Below are positions 1 to 11,100 of a stretch of 35,936 nucleotides of DNA, piece by piece. The DNA comes from Hyphochytrium catenoides (Eukaryota > Protista > Hyphochytriomycota). Position 1 is the first letter of the stretch. Each line of letters opens with the position of its first letter. A program made the translations under genes and the position numbers. The stretch spans positions 1 through 35,936 of the forward strand of contig FLMG01003200.1 in the NCBI GenBank assembly GCA_900088475.1, read 5' to 3'. The notes under the pieces are model-generated. The model saw nothing but the letters and a program-made list of their open reading frames with translations, did not search any database and was not told the DNA's origin.

Positions 1-49
1 AGCCTCACAAGAGACTGTATAAGAACTGGACTGTAGATGCTTTGTTGGC

Positions 50-463
50 TTAGTAGTCCTGAGATGCAGCTCCCTTGCTGCCCTTCTTTCCGCTTCCGCT
101 CTTCTTGGGAAGAAGAACAGCGTGGATGTTGGGAAGGACACCACCAGAGGCAATGGTGACCTCGCCGAGAAGCTTGTTCAGCTCCTCATCGTTTCTCACA
201 GCCAGCTGGATGTGGCGAGGGACGATACGGCTCTTCTTGTTGTCGCGAGCAGCATTGCCTGCAAGCTCCAGAATTTCTGCAGTCAGGTACTCCAGAACAG
301 CAGCGAGGTAGACAGGAGCACCGCCTCCAACGCGCTCGGCGTAACGGCCATTCTTGAGGAAACGAGCCACACGACCAACAGGGAACTGAAGGCCAGCCTT
401 TGCGGAACGGCTGACGGACTTGCCGCTCTTCTTGCCACGTCCACCCTTGCCCTTGCCAGACAT
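50..463 (-). CDS. H2A: Histone H2A, H2A.X-type (C-terminal SQDY), intronless, 137 aa
   Basis: [12 protein letters not shown]...[14 protein letters not shown]...[26 protein letters not shown]...[15 protein letters not shown]...ASQDY is a canonical H2A fold. The true ATG is at 463-461 (context tcaagATG); the ORF-track extension to 589 starts at a non-ATG codon and runs through the promoter. Confidence 0.98.
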   Translation of the reverse strand: MSGKGKGGRGKKSGKSVSRSAKAGLQFPVGRVARFLKNGRYAERVGGGAPVYLAAVLEYLTAEILELAGNAARDNKKSRIVPRHIQLAVRNDEELNKLLGEVTIASGGVLPNIHAVLLPKKSGSGKKGSKGAASQDY

Positions 464-528
464 CTTGATAATTAAGTGTTGAAAGGTTGACTTTCCTAAG
501 CTTCCTTGAGCAGCTTGAGAGATGGGAC

Positions 529-546
529 GCAAATTGAGGAATGAAC
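529..546 (-). promoter_or_regulatory. INR+FPR core promoter of H2A (predicted TSS ~542)
   Basis: Minus strand GTTCATTCCTCAATTTGC matches the oomycete consensus GCTCATTYYNCAWTTT at 15/16 positions, ~79 nt upstream of the ATG. Confidence 0.75.
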
Positions 547-551
547 GCGGA

Positions 552-1089
552 ATTGGCTGACGGCAGAAAGCGAATTTGATCCCCAGCAATCCTCAGAATC
601 CTAGGAAAGTACTGTGTTGTCCAGTATTTGGCGTGGTCTCAATGCCCACAAAACCTTGCGGTTTGGGTTTTCATAAGAAGGAACAGATACTACTCCGCAA
701 AGACGTTGATAGACATTCAATTCCTATTTAGATAGAAAGTCCTGGTTCTAGGGTTGAATTATTTGGGGTTCGGGTATACCGATTTGCGGACTGGCTGCGG
801 AGGGAGGCAATATCTCTAGGCCTAGCCCTCCGCCAATCAGAGGCGATCGATTCAAGCTCCACCAATAAGAGCGCAGTATCCAAGGGGCTCATATTCCGCC
901 AATAGGAAGGGCGATAGGTTACAAAGATTTGAATCTACGAATCTTTCCCTCAAGTACTTACAGCATGCATTATTGTGAAATAATTGGCGGTTCTAAGTTT
1001 CATTTTACCTCTGAAACTTTCGAGAAAGTGTATATATTACCACTGCCAACCTCCTATAAACTCGCTTGAATTTCGCAGGACTTTATTGG
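552..1089. promoter_or_regulatory. Bidirectional histone promoter with CCAAT-box cluster
   Basis: CCAAT at 833, 862 and 899 (+); ATTGG at 552, 983 and 1085; TATAAA at 1055-1060. CCAAT clusters are typical of divergent H2A/H2B promoters. Confidence 0.7.
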
Positions 1090-1160
1090 GCGTATTATTT
1101 TCTGGATTGTTCTTAGTGTTCTGTAAGGGACGAGGGAGCTGCTTATCTGACCTCACCAGT

Positions 1161-1178
1161 CCTCACTTCTCAATTTCC
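1161..1178 (+). promoter_or_regulatory. INR+FPR core promoter of H2B (predicted TSS ~1165)
   Basis: CCTCACTTCTCAATTTCC matches GCTCATTYYNCAWTTT at 14/16 positions and fits YCAYTYY + MWTTTNC, ~87 nt upstream of the ATG. Confidence 0.72.
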
Positions 1179-1251
1179 ACGTTCAGTCAAAGATCGTCTT
1201 CCCCATCGGCTCCCTCACCCTCGGCCCTTTGAAGCTTCTCTCTCATAAACC

Positions 1252-1620
1252 ATGGCCAAGACCCCAAGCAAGAAGTCCGCTAAGGCCCCTAAGAAGGCTG
1301 GCGCCAAGGGCAAGAAGTCCAAGAAGCGCGTAGAGTCCTACGGCACCTACATCTACAAGGTCCTCAAGCAGGTCCACCCTGACACTGGTATCAGCAAGCG
1401 CGCCATGTCTATCATGAACTCTTTCATCAACGACATCTTCGAGCGCATTGCTCTTGAGGCTGGCCGCCTGGCTCGCTACAACAAGAAGTCAACACTCTCT
1501 TCCAGAGAAGTTCAGACCGCCGTGCGCCTCATGCTCCCTGGTGAGCTTGCCAAGCACGCTGTCTCTGAGGGTACCAAGGCTGTGACCAAGTTCACCGCCT
1601 CTCCTGGCGCCTCTGCCTAA
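1252..1620 (+). CDS. H2B: Histone H2B, intronless, 122 aa
   Basis: [40 protein letters not shown]...[31 protein letters not shown] is a canonical H2B fold. Confidence 0.98.
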   Translation: MAKTPSKKSAKAPKKAGAKGKKSKKRVESYGTYIYKVLKQVHPDTGISKRAMSIMNSFINDIFERIALEAGRLARYNKKSTLSSREVQTAVRLMLPGELAKHAVSEGTKAVTKFTASPGASA

Positions 1621-2119
1621 ATTACTTCCAGAGAACACACTCACAGACAGTATCCTGAAGCGCAGCTTATATAGCGTTTGGGTGGCTTCCTCTATGTACC
1701 ATATCATATTTAATCCATGCCGAAACAATTTCCAATACTCTGTCATCCGCATCGATGCCTCCATGCAAAAAAGAGAAAAATATAGGGGACGGTAGCTAAA
1801 GGCGGTCGACATTCTGCTTTATAGAAGACTGCTCGTTTTCTCTATCGTCACCGCGCGGATCATTTCGCTCTCGCTCTAATTTTCACCGCCGTCCTCCTGA
1901 CGTACAGGCAGCATAGTCCTATGAAGTCCCATTAGCTGTCTCAGTGCTTCTGTTCTGCATGCGCGCGACAGCTCTACTGGTTATGATAACAGTTCTTCCC
2001 TTGCCTTCTAAGAATGTCTCTGCTTTGATAGAATATTTACTTTTTATAAAAGCATTACTAGTGTCACATGCTTATCCTCTCTCCCTTCTATCGCTCCTAT
2101 CCTAGGACCGAGTATCTGA

Positions 2120-5100
2120 TCACGTGTCAAGCATACAGAGTAGCGCACAGCCTCGGCGAATCCAGTGGTGGGCCTCTCTGTCCGTAGGGATGTCCAGAGT
2201 AACGACGAAGTTGGTAGAGTGTCCGGTGGTTGACAGTGTACCAGCTCTCAGGGACGTCTTGTATAGCGGGCAAGGGTAGGAGAGGGACAAACCCTTCTCA
2301 CCATCTCTTTCCTTCGCTTCAGGCGGCTGCTGCACAGGCTTTAACCATACCACAGGCATTGGGTTGAAGAGCTCCCCTAGGAAGAGTCAAGGACAGTAAA
2401 GATGATAAGCGACTTTTTCTGAATAGCTTCCTCTGCTTCGAAGACTCAGGTACATCAAGCCTGCCCACCCCAAACCTTTGGTCTCCCTTGATGAGTTGAG
2501 ACGCAGGTCTTCGGTGGGTCCATCGTCCTTCATCGCTTCTCTAGTTTCTCTTCAAATCTCTCTTACCTGGTATTGACTCTGCCATCATCTTCCGCGTCCT
2601 ATCAAACCGCGCTCCTTCCATAAAGAGACCGTGAATGTACGCGCCGTCTTCAGGTCCTTTTTCCACGGCTGTCTCCTCAAAGTCCATAATCTCCGAACTA
2701 ATCCTAAGAGTGTCAATGGCGATACGATATTGACGCGAGTAAACTTGCTTCACAGCCGTCATAAAGCCCTGGACGGAGAGCAGGAAACGAAGTTTAAACA
2801 GAGATGCCAGAACACTTCCAGGGCACATCCTCCTTACCTGAGGAAAGAAGAAGCCCGGCAGCCAAAAAGAAGACGGAGGTCCTTTAACCAGCCAGATTGT
2901 GAGGAAGTCTATTCGTTTGAAGAAGTCTTCAGTCCAGGATGCCAAGGGTTTGAGACAGGGATAGCCTGCCGCCTCCCACTCCTTTGGCACTCTCTGCAAG
3001 AGGAACCCATTGTACATGTTCTCCAGAGGACCTAGACACAAGAAATAAGATAAGACTATGCCTCTTTGGCTATTCAAGTCTCTCCCAGCCGCCTCCCAGT
3101 CTGTGTTATGCTGTTACGCTACGCGTCATGTCGATATAGCAAGTTCATTCTTCTTGCCTTCTTATTCCCTTCTTCTAGTTCGATAACATTCTCTCTCTCA
3201 CTCTTTGCTTCTCAGCATAGTGCCTGACTGTTCCCTTTCTGAGCTCTCTTTCACAAGTTTATGTTGATCTAACAAAGGCGATGCAAACCACCCATAGGCT
3301 AACCTCTGTGTGCTCTATTGTTTGCTGTGTAAAGTCCAGGTATTACTCACCAGACATAACGATCAGCCCCTTAATCGCCTTCTTCAGCATCGCTAAAGAT
3401 GACCGCATGACTGCTATCAGCTTGTTGAAGCGGATCAGCTCTTGCGAGAGAAAGACGCCTAATGAAGTCATAGATCCGCTCTGGCAAAGAGAATAAAGCC
3501 TTAGTCTGCTGTCTCTTCAATGTCTTGTCTCTCCCTTAATGACCCTAGCTCGTCACTTTATGTTTCTGGGGGTTCCGCAGCCCGCTTACTCTTGGTGTAC
3601 AGGCTTCCACGTTCTCTCTTTCGGTACCTCATAAGGCCTCCCTTATTGTCTCTCATTCTTACCTCTAAGATTTTGAAGGTGTCTGGATGTGCCACTTTCT
3701 CGTCAAAAGGAAGAGGCATTCTCTTCTCTATGGCCGTCGCGATATCGAATACAGTCTTATCGTTGTCTGTTCCTCCCGCTCCTCCCTTGTCCGATCCCCC
3801 TGTCCCTCCCATAGTGATCACGGCTTGAAGAACCGACCTAAGGATTTGAAATGTGTGAGATGGAAGCTAAGGAATGCCCACGAGCAGCAGCAAGGAATCA
3901 TGCACTCGGTCATTCGAGATCCCGAAAGAAGAGAGACAGATGAAGGCTCGCTAGCAAGGCAATAGGGAAGTATATACGTCTTTCCGCAGACCAAAGGGTC
4001 ATGCGGAGTAGTAACAAATCGTTGGACGATATGGAAACATTAGAAAGAGGATCTTAGCACAGCGGTATGGCGAATGGCAGAAGCTGGAAAATGAAGAATG
4101 AGAGAGGGAGCAAGAGAGGCAGAGCGTTATCGTTGTCCCACCTAGTATCCTTCTGCTGGAAGTTGATATCGGCATTCGGATGCAGCCCAAACGTAACGGG
4201 AGAGTCTTCATTGGGCAGTCGGTTGATATAGTCTCGGCACTCCTCCAAAGAGCCAGGGATAGGAGCTACGTACACCTCTCCACTCTCCGTGAGCGGGTAT
4301 CCATCTTCGAGAAGCTCTGGGCAGAGAAGCTTCTTCATTATTGAGGAGTTTGTACGCTTGTCCCACTGGTCGGTGATGCTAAAGGAAGAGAGAAGAAAAG
4401 AAACAGAGGCGGAGGAACCCGCAAACCAACTTAGCTACCGGGCCCTGCTCTAGATCCGCCACAGATTGAATTTGAAATCAAACAAAACTAGCAGCTTTGC
4501 TCAGTCTCTCACTACGCCTTGTTAGCCTAGCAGCGAGCCGCTCCTCCCAAAAACTTATCCTAGCGACACTCTCCAAGCCGTCCTAACCCACGTTCCTCCA
4601 ATTGTTCTGCTCTCCCCTTAAAGGAGGCTGTCCTTTTTCCTTACCGGCCACCGTAGGTAATATCAGCCACCATGACATTGAGTGTGGTCCAGGGCACAGA
4701 GTCCTGTTCTTCTAGGTACAGCTGCACCAAGCGGATCGCTGCCTTGAGGTCTGAGTTCATCCATTCGTATGGAATATTCCAGCCAACTGCCCCGAACTTA
4801 CGACGCTCGAGAATAAGGGCATTGTAGAAGACCTGAGTGAAGACGAAAGCATCAAAGAGAATGCCGATATCATTAGAGACCAGCCGCTGAAAAAGAGGAG
4901 GAGGAGCCACAGGTGGAGAAAGCAGAAATAATAGCAATAGGTAAGAGAAGGGTCTCAGGATCGTTCTGAGCGATTGTACTTCTCGCTCGCAAAGGACATG
5001 CCGTAGGCAGGGATGCGGAAGAGAGAGGCACATCTATTGTGAGCGAATAAAGAGGTTTAGACCAGCTCTGCGGCAGAGACACAAAGAGAGGACACGAAGA

Positions 5101-8100
5101 GATAAAGAACGAGAGTGTTCTATTTAAGACTAGCCAAGATCGGTGGACTCTCTCTCATCCATGCATCAGCTTCCTCTCCATGTCTCCTTACCACTGCAAA
5201 GAGAAGCTTCTTAAACTGTCGGGGCTTCGAACTCCGTTCATAATCTGCCTCTGTCATGTCAGCAAAGGCCCGTCGAAGGTTGGCCTTCAAACCCTTCGGC
5301 GGTTCATTCGTGATCTTGATGCCGTTTTGAAGGATAGGAACGGGGAACTTTGGACTGCAAAGGTAAAGAAGTTAGCTTAACCATCACAACCTGGGGAAGG
5401 AGATTCAAGCATAGACTCAGAATGTCAAGGGAATAGTATGGTCAGCATGTCTTGCGCTCTGTCAGGCTTCTTTTTCTGTTTCCTCTGCTCTGGCGCTTTT
5501 AAGATGGTACGTGTCTCACCTCGGCATACTTGTGAGCCAGAGCCGGAATTCCTTGTGTTGTTCCTTCTCTCTTGCTTGCTCCAAGTCCTGCTCAAGCCTA
5601 CCCAGCCATGAGACTGCCAGGTGACAGTTCTGTAAGCAGACCCAGTCGCCTGATGTTCTCGCTTGTGCCATAAGCCTATCACAAGCCGCGTGAGAGATGA
5701 CATCAAAGAACGGGCGTCAGGATGCGACAAAGGCAAGAGAAAGCACAGGCAGTGACTCAGAACCTTTCTGCAATGGGTCCCTGTCCCTGCCCAAGAGAAA
5801 TGATCTTTAGCCTGCTTCCTTCTTTGCCTTTGGAGGCTGCGAGCTGCAGCAGATAGTCCGTGATGTCAGCGCCAGGTGAGAGAATGAAGATCAAAGGCGT
5901 GTCCGGAGCAGAGTCGTTGTAGGCGCCTGCAGGGAGCCGGGGACACAGAGAGTCAACGGATCAGCTCCATGGCAAAATAGGTGACAGGTTATATGGATGC
6001 CGCAGCTAACGCGAGCTGCGCTATATGTATGACGAGGGCTGAGACAGTTCCTTCTCAAACGTCGAAGCACATTCTCTACCATGACTTGTTTGCTTGCTAG
6101 CTCTGTCTCTAAGTCTATTTTATGGTTCTATCGTAGTACCTTCAAGATCAAAGGGAGGAGACTCTGTGAAGAGTTGTCCCAACTCCTTGGCAACGAATTC
6201 ACGGATGCCAAAGACGACCTTTTCTTCTCGGAATGCCCTAAGGATAAGGAGCTTCTGCATGTTGTCGAGCTTGCTGTCCCATCCGTCTGCAAGAGTGAGA
6301 GATGAAGGACGTAGCAACAAAGGGACTGTTAGTTATAGAGCTCGACTGGGATGGACTTTTACTTCTTTCTCTCCGTTCTAACCTCTTCCTGAGATATGAT
6401 GGGCCGCCTCCATGTGCCTTTCCTAACCTGGTTGAAGCTAACTATTTTGCTAACACACTCCTTGCTCTATTCTGCTGGGTGAGCCTGCCTCTCCCGATGT
6501 GCCTCTTTTTTCCCTTACCTCCTAGAGCTTCTGACTGCGGCTTGGACGAGTGAAGGAAGGCTTTCTGCCATGGCTTCGGGTCGAGGCTTATGCTATCTAT
6601 CAGCCCTCTAAAGCCTGGAAGAGAGGCGTCCATCGCGCAGAGGTCTGCCCAGGCCTTCGCGAGAAAAAGTGAAAAGGAAATGAAAGGTAAGGAAAGTTAG
6701 AGGGAAGTAAATCAAACGAAATGCCCACAAAGATAGGTCGAGTCCCATATCCTTGAACAACCGAGCAAGACAAGAAGAAGGCACAAAGAGTTCCTCTTCC
6801 ATTCCATTGCTTACTTTGGGCTGTATCCACAGGCACGAAGGAGGCTGTTCTTTCGGAGGTGAGGTTCCTGGCCCTACGAGGAAGCACTTCCACTCTGGTT
6901 CCGAAATAGACCCTCGATGACGAAGGATACTGGTGCAGATCATGAAAGCGTAGATGAGCTTGTCCTGCACCGCGCAGGAGATTGAGTTTGAGTGTATCCA
7001 TGTGATTCCTAGGTATCTTGTCATTTTGTCCTTACCTTCTCAAAGAGCCCTCGGCAGATGTTGACATACATGCTCCTAGTGATGTCCTCTAACAGAATCT
7101 CTAACCTTCGACTGAGTTCATCTGACTTTTCGCTTTGTTGCAGCCGTAACTTGAAAAGCTTCATGAAGAATTGTAGGGAGTACTGGTACATCGGGTCGAC
7201 AAGACTCAGGTTGGCGATCACAAAGTAGATGACTGAGCCTCTTGAAGCGATCGGCCTGTACTGCTCTCGCGTCTGGTCAATCTCTCGTCTAGTTGCCTCT
7301 GCTTCAGCCATTCGAGTCCCAATCGCGGTGGCCGTAACTTTACTTTGTGCCAGGACATGGATCAGCTCCTTATCGTCGAGAATATTCCCTAAAGTTCAAC
7401 GGAGAGGCGCATGGAAGATGAGGTGCAAAAAGGAAGCAGTACGAGACGGACACAAGAGGATTAGGCGGAGAACGGGCAAAACGTAAGCTGTGTGGCAAGT
7501 TTTGGCCTTGATACAGCCTCCCCCCAGAATGCAAGCCCTACCTGAGGCATTGGCGAGCATGAAAAGAATCTTGTCCTCTATTTCTTTCAACTGCTTCTTG
7601 TCGGATGCGATGTTGACTGTCAGTGCGTCTTTCTTCTGTTCAAGATCTGGTCTCTCCTGTCGGATGACTTCCACCAGTAGCTGCTCCTCAAGGCCCGTCA
7701 GAGTGACAGTAAAGTTGATAATGGTAACCTTGATGCAGACCTGCACGAAGGCAAGAGAGCGAGAGAGTGAGGGGGGAGATTTAGAGCTAACGAGAAGCAG
7801 GTACGCAAACAGCATCCTATAAGTTGTTGAGGGTTCGTCTTGATAATTGGTCATGGAGTGCTGGGGAAACAAACAAGTGGCACGGAATATGGTGCCCAAA
7901 ACTTGCAGCGCTTAGAAAGACGGGAGTAGTGAGGAGAAGGAGTTAGCTTGGCTTGCCTCGGGCATGTAATGGGGATTTGAAAGCTTGGTAGTAATGAAAA
8001 ACCGGAACTCGTCGCTGTAAGGAACATCTGAGTCTCCAAGGCGGAGAAGGACCTGTCCGCTCTTCTTAAAGGTCTGCTTGAGGAGAACTGGCTCCAGTGC

Positions 8101-11100
8101 AGGATCGAGCTCCTCCTAAAGAAGAAGAGAGAGACAAGAAAGACGGACGTCAGGCGTCGCTTAGGGGAAAGAATGCTGCTTTATGTTTTCCATCCTATCG
8201 TCCCATCCGACTGGAATGCAAAGTTGTTCCTTTCTCTGTCCATCTCCTCATCAATAGCTCGTCCCCACCTGTACATTCTCCAACAGAACTGGTGCTCCAT
8301 ATCTTATCCCGTTCTCCAGAGTCCTTAGAAAGTCCTTATCCGAGAGTTTGATGATCTGTAGGTTCTTCGTTTTGAACATGTTTCGCACCCATTTGTTGGC
8401 CTGCCCCTGGGGGTCAATCATCAAGGGCCAGCGCCGACCCATCGTGGCAAACATACCTGTGGAGAGAGGAAGGGTTAAGGTGACATGAGCAAAACTCTCT
8501 ATGAATTCTCAGAGCGGCTTGGCTAGCTGCTCAATGGCTTTGCTTCTCATCACTTAGACAGCGTTCCGTTCCTCCTCTGACTCCTTACCGTTCTCAACAG
8601 AAAATTCATCAGCTGGCAAGCCCATCACGTTCCAGTCTCTTACGGTCACTGGATCCGCTAGTGTATGGACCAGTGAAAAGTTGTTGGCTACCGGGATAGA
8701 GTTTTCAAGGCAGAAAAGGACCCATTTTCGGGCTATAGCGCGACGGAACTCGGATGTGAAAGGTCCCAAGTAAGCCACGCTGCCAGCAGAGAGGACGATA
8801 TTTCCTGAAATGAGAGACAAAACAAGGTTAAAAAAGGGGATAAGAGAGAGGGGTCTTAGAGAGAAGAGAGTGAGGAAGATAGAGAGAGAGGACGATAATT
8901 TCTGAAAGCACACAGACAACGTTGAAACGAGGGAAGAGAGAGGGGACGTAAAGAGAAAAATGACGGAAGATAAAAAGAGAGGGAACCACTCTGACAAGTG
9001 CCCTCGACAATGTTGACGTCAGACTATTGTCTCGTCGCCCCTTGACTCCCAAATCATCTCACATACCGACAAGGTTGACCATATCTTCGGCAAGCTGTTC
9101 GGCCGTGGCCGTCCACCGATCCTTCTCATCCTTCAATGAGTCTATCAACTGCTCAGCACGAGCGAGGCGTTCCACAGTTTGCTTTTGCTGTTGATTGTGA
9201 TGAGGCGTTTCCAAAGCGCCAATTCATAGAAGAGCGCGATTGTACGGCGGGCCAGGTAGACAAAAAAACGATAAGAGAGAAAATAGCGAAGAAGAGCATG
9301 GGTCAGCTAGGCCTCTATCCCTTGCCAGCCCTTCCGTCTTTTCTGACTCTCTCATTAGGGCTTTTGGTGTGGACCATCCTTGCGCACGGCTACTCTGACT
9401 CCCTGACAAGTCCGTCATCGCAATCCTCTCTCCTTCAACCTCATATTCTCTCCTGCTGTCGGTTGTCTTCCTCACCTGGTGTTCCAAATCAATTTTTCTC
9501 TGCTGCGCTCCTTCCAACGTCCGTCTGAGGTCTGCCACCTAAAGAGAATGAATGTTAGTACCAGGTTAAGGTATTGCCTAGTGTAGGGAAAGTATACGAT
9601 AGTGAATAGAGTCAAAGGATGAAACTCCGGAGAGAAAGGTTCAACCCTTTGTATTGAGACTGAGGAGATCAGGGAGGAAGAACGAACCTTCGCCAGGATA
9701 ACTCTGAGATCACTCTGCTTCTGGTTGAGCTCTGCTTGCACCTGAAGAGGGATGCCATATACGCTATCAGCTGAAGAATGGAAGTATGTCGTGAAGGATA
9801 AGAAGCGTTCGTTCTACTCTAATATGTATCTTCTCTGTTTGGTCCTATGAATGCCTCCGTTCCTTGGCTGGCTCGTACCTGGGCAAGCTGTGCCTCTGCA
9901 GCTGAGAGTTTTTCCCTTTTGGGCGCGATGTTCTTGGCGACCGTGTCGTACGTGTACATCGCTCTGACCCACATGCAAATACTTGTCGCCGCCATGGAAA
10001 CTGTCTTTATGTTCTCTGGGACAAACTCACTGTTGTCCATATACTTCTTCAGCTTCTTGATAGTAGCTGGTGGAATGTTATCCTTGTCAAAGGTCTTCAG
10101 TTCTTCAAGAAAGGTCATACGGCCGAGGAGTTTCTTGGCCTCTGCATAGAAGAGGGAAAGATAGGTACGGGAAAGGAAACAGTCAGCGAAAGAGCTAGAG
10201 CAACATCCAATGGCAAATGAGCCAAGGATAAAGCACCAAAGACGCCTGGCAAAGGAGAGCGCCCCCATTGCAAGTGCAGTGTCTCTCTGGATGGAGGTGG
10301 ACCCGTTCCTCAGAGTAACTTTCTCCTCACCTGCCCAGTCTGGTTTGCAGTTCATAAGTAGACATACTGCTTCCATCGTGATCCCGACCTGATAGACGAG
10401 ACGGGTTATAAGGTACCATAGAAGTTTTAGAGTAGAAAGAGGAATGGAACATTGAACCAAGAAGGCGAGTGCTAAGTCACGAGGTACGCAGGAACAGGAA
10501 TTGAAAGCTTTCGGAGGCAGAGAAGAGAGAGACATGTAGAAAGAGTAGACAAGGGAAGTGGGGCCCACTGTACCATTTTTGGCGGGTTCGTAAAGGACTT
10601 CAACTCTTGAATGTGCTTTTTATCCAGTGCATCCAATGCTCGGATGGAGGCATATAAAGCGGGTAAAGCTTCGTCAAGATCCTAGATGCGTGTAAACAGA
10701 TACAGAGTAGCGACGTTAATTCTTCCTTCCAAGGTTATTGGAGGCTTAAGCAGCACCGTGGTCCTACACTGCCTTCACTGCTTCTTTGCATCTCCCCAAA
10801 GACCCTCCATCGTTCACCTTTCACTCCTCCATCTATCCTTTCGATCTTCACCAGAACGCACTCCTTTATCAAACCTCTTCTGTTTCCTTACCTTTTGGCA
10901 ATCGTCTTTCATGGTCTGGACCTCTCGCGCTACGAGGGCTGCCTTCTGGACCTCTCCTTCCACGACTAGCTGCACCTGATCGGCTTGCTCTTGGTCTTTG
11001 GCCACTTGGACGAGAAGGTGGGAGGTCTCCCTTTGGGCATGCTCTGCCAAGGGGTCAAGCAGACGGGGTGAGATCAGAAATAGGACATGAAGGATCCATA

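Noticed and set aside
75-475. Antisense ORFs over H2A, and similar ones over H2B, dynein, panC and the LRR gene
   Set aside because: Shadow frames of real coding sequence with no independent motifs.
464-589. 42-aa N-terminal extension of H2A in the ORF track
   Set aside because: It starts at a non-ATG codon upstream of the predicted TSS; the canonical MSGKGK start is at 463.
1621-1800. Histone 3' stem-loop after H2B (and in the 49 nt after H2A)
   Set aside because: No GGYYYTTYHNRRRCC-type hairpin is visible; only a weak gct-tatat-agc.
1920-1975. AGCTGTC...GACAGCT hairpin as SECIS or ncRNA
   Set aside because: No SECIS geometry, and neither flanking gene has an internal in-frame TGA; a 7-bp stem is expected by chance.
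8505-8555. GTGATGA...CTGA on minus in a dynein intron as a snoRNA
   Set aside because: The boxes are only ~35 nt apart with no clear terminal stem.
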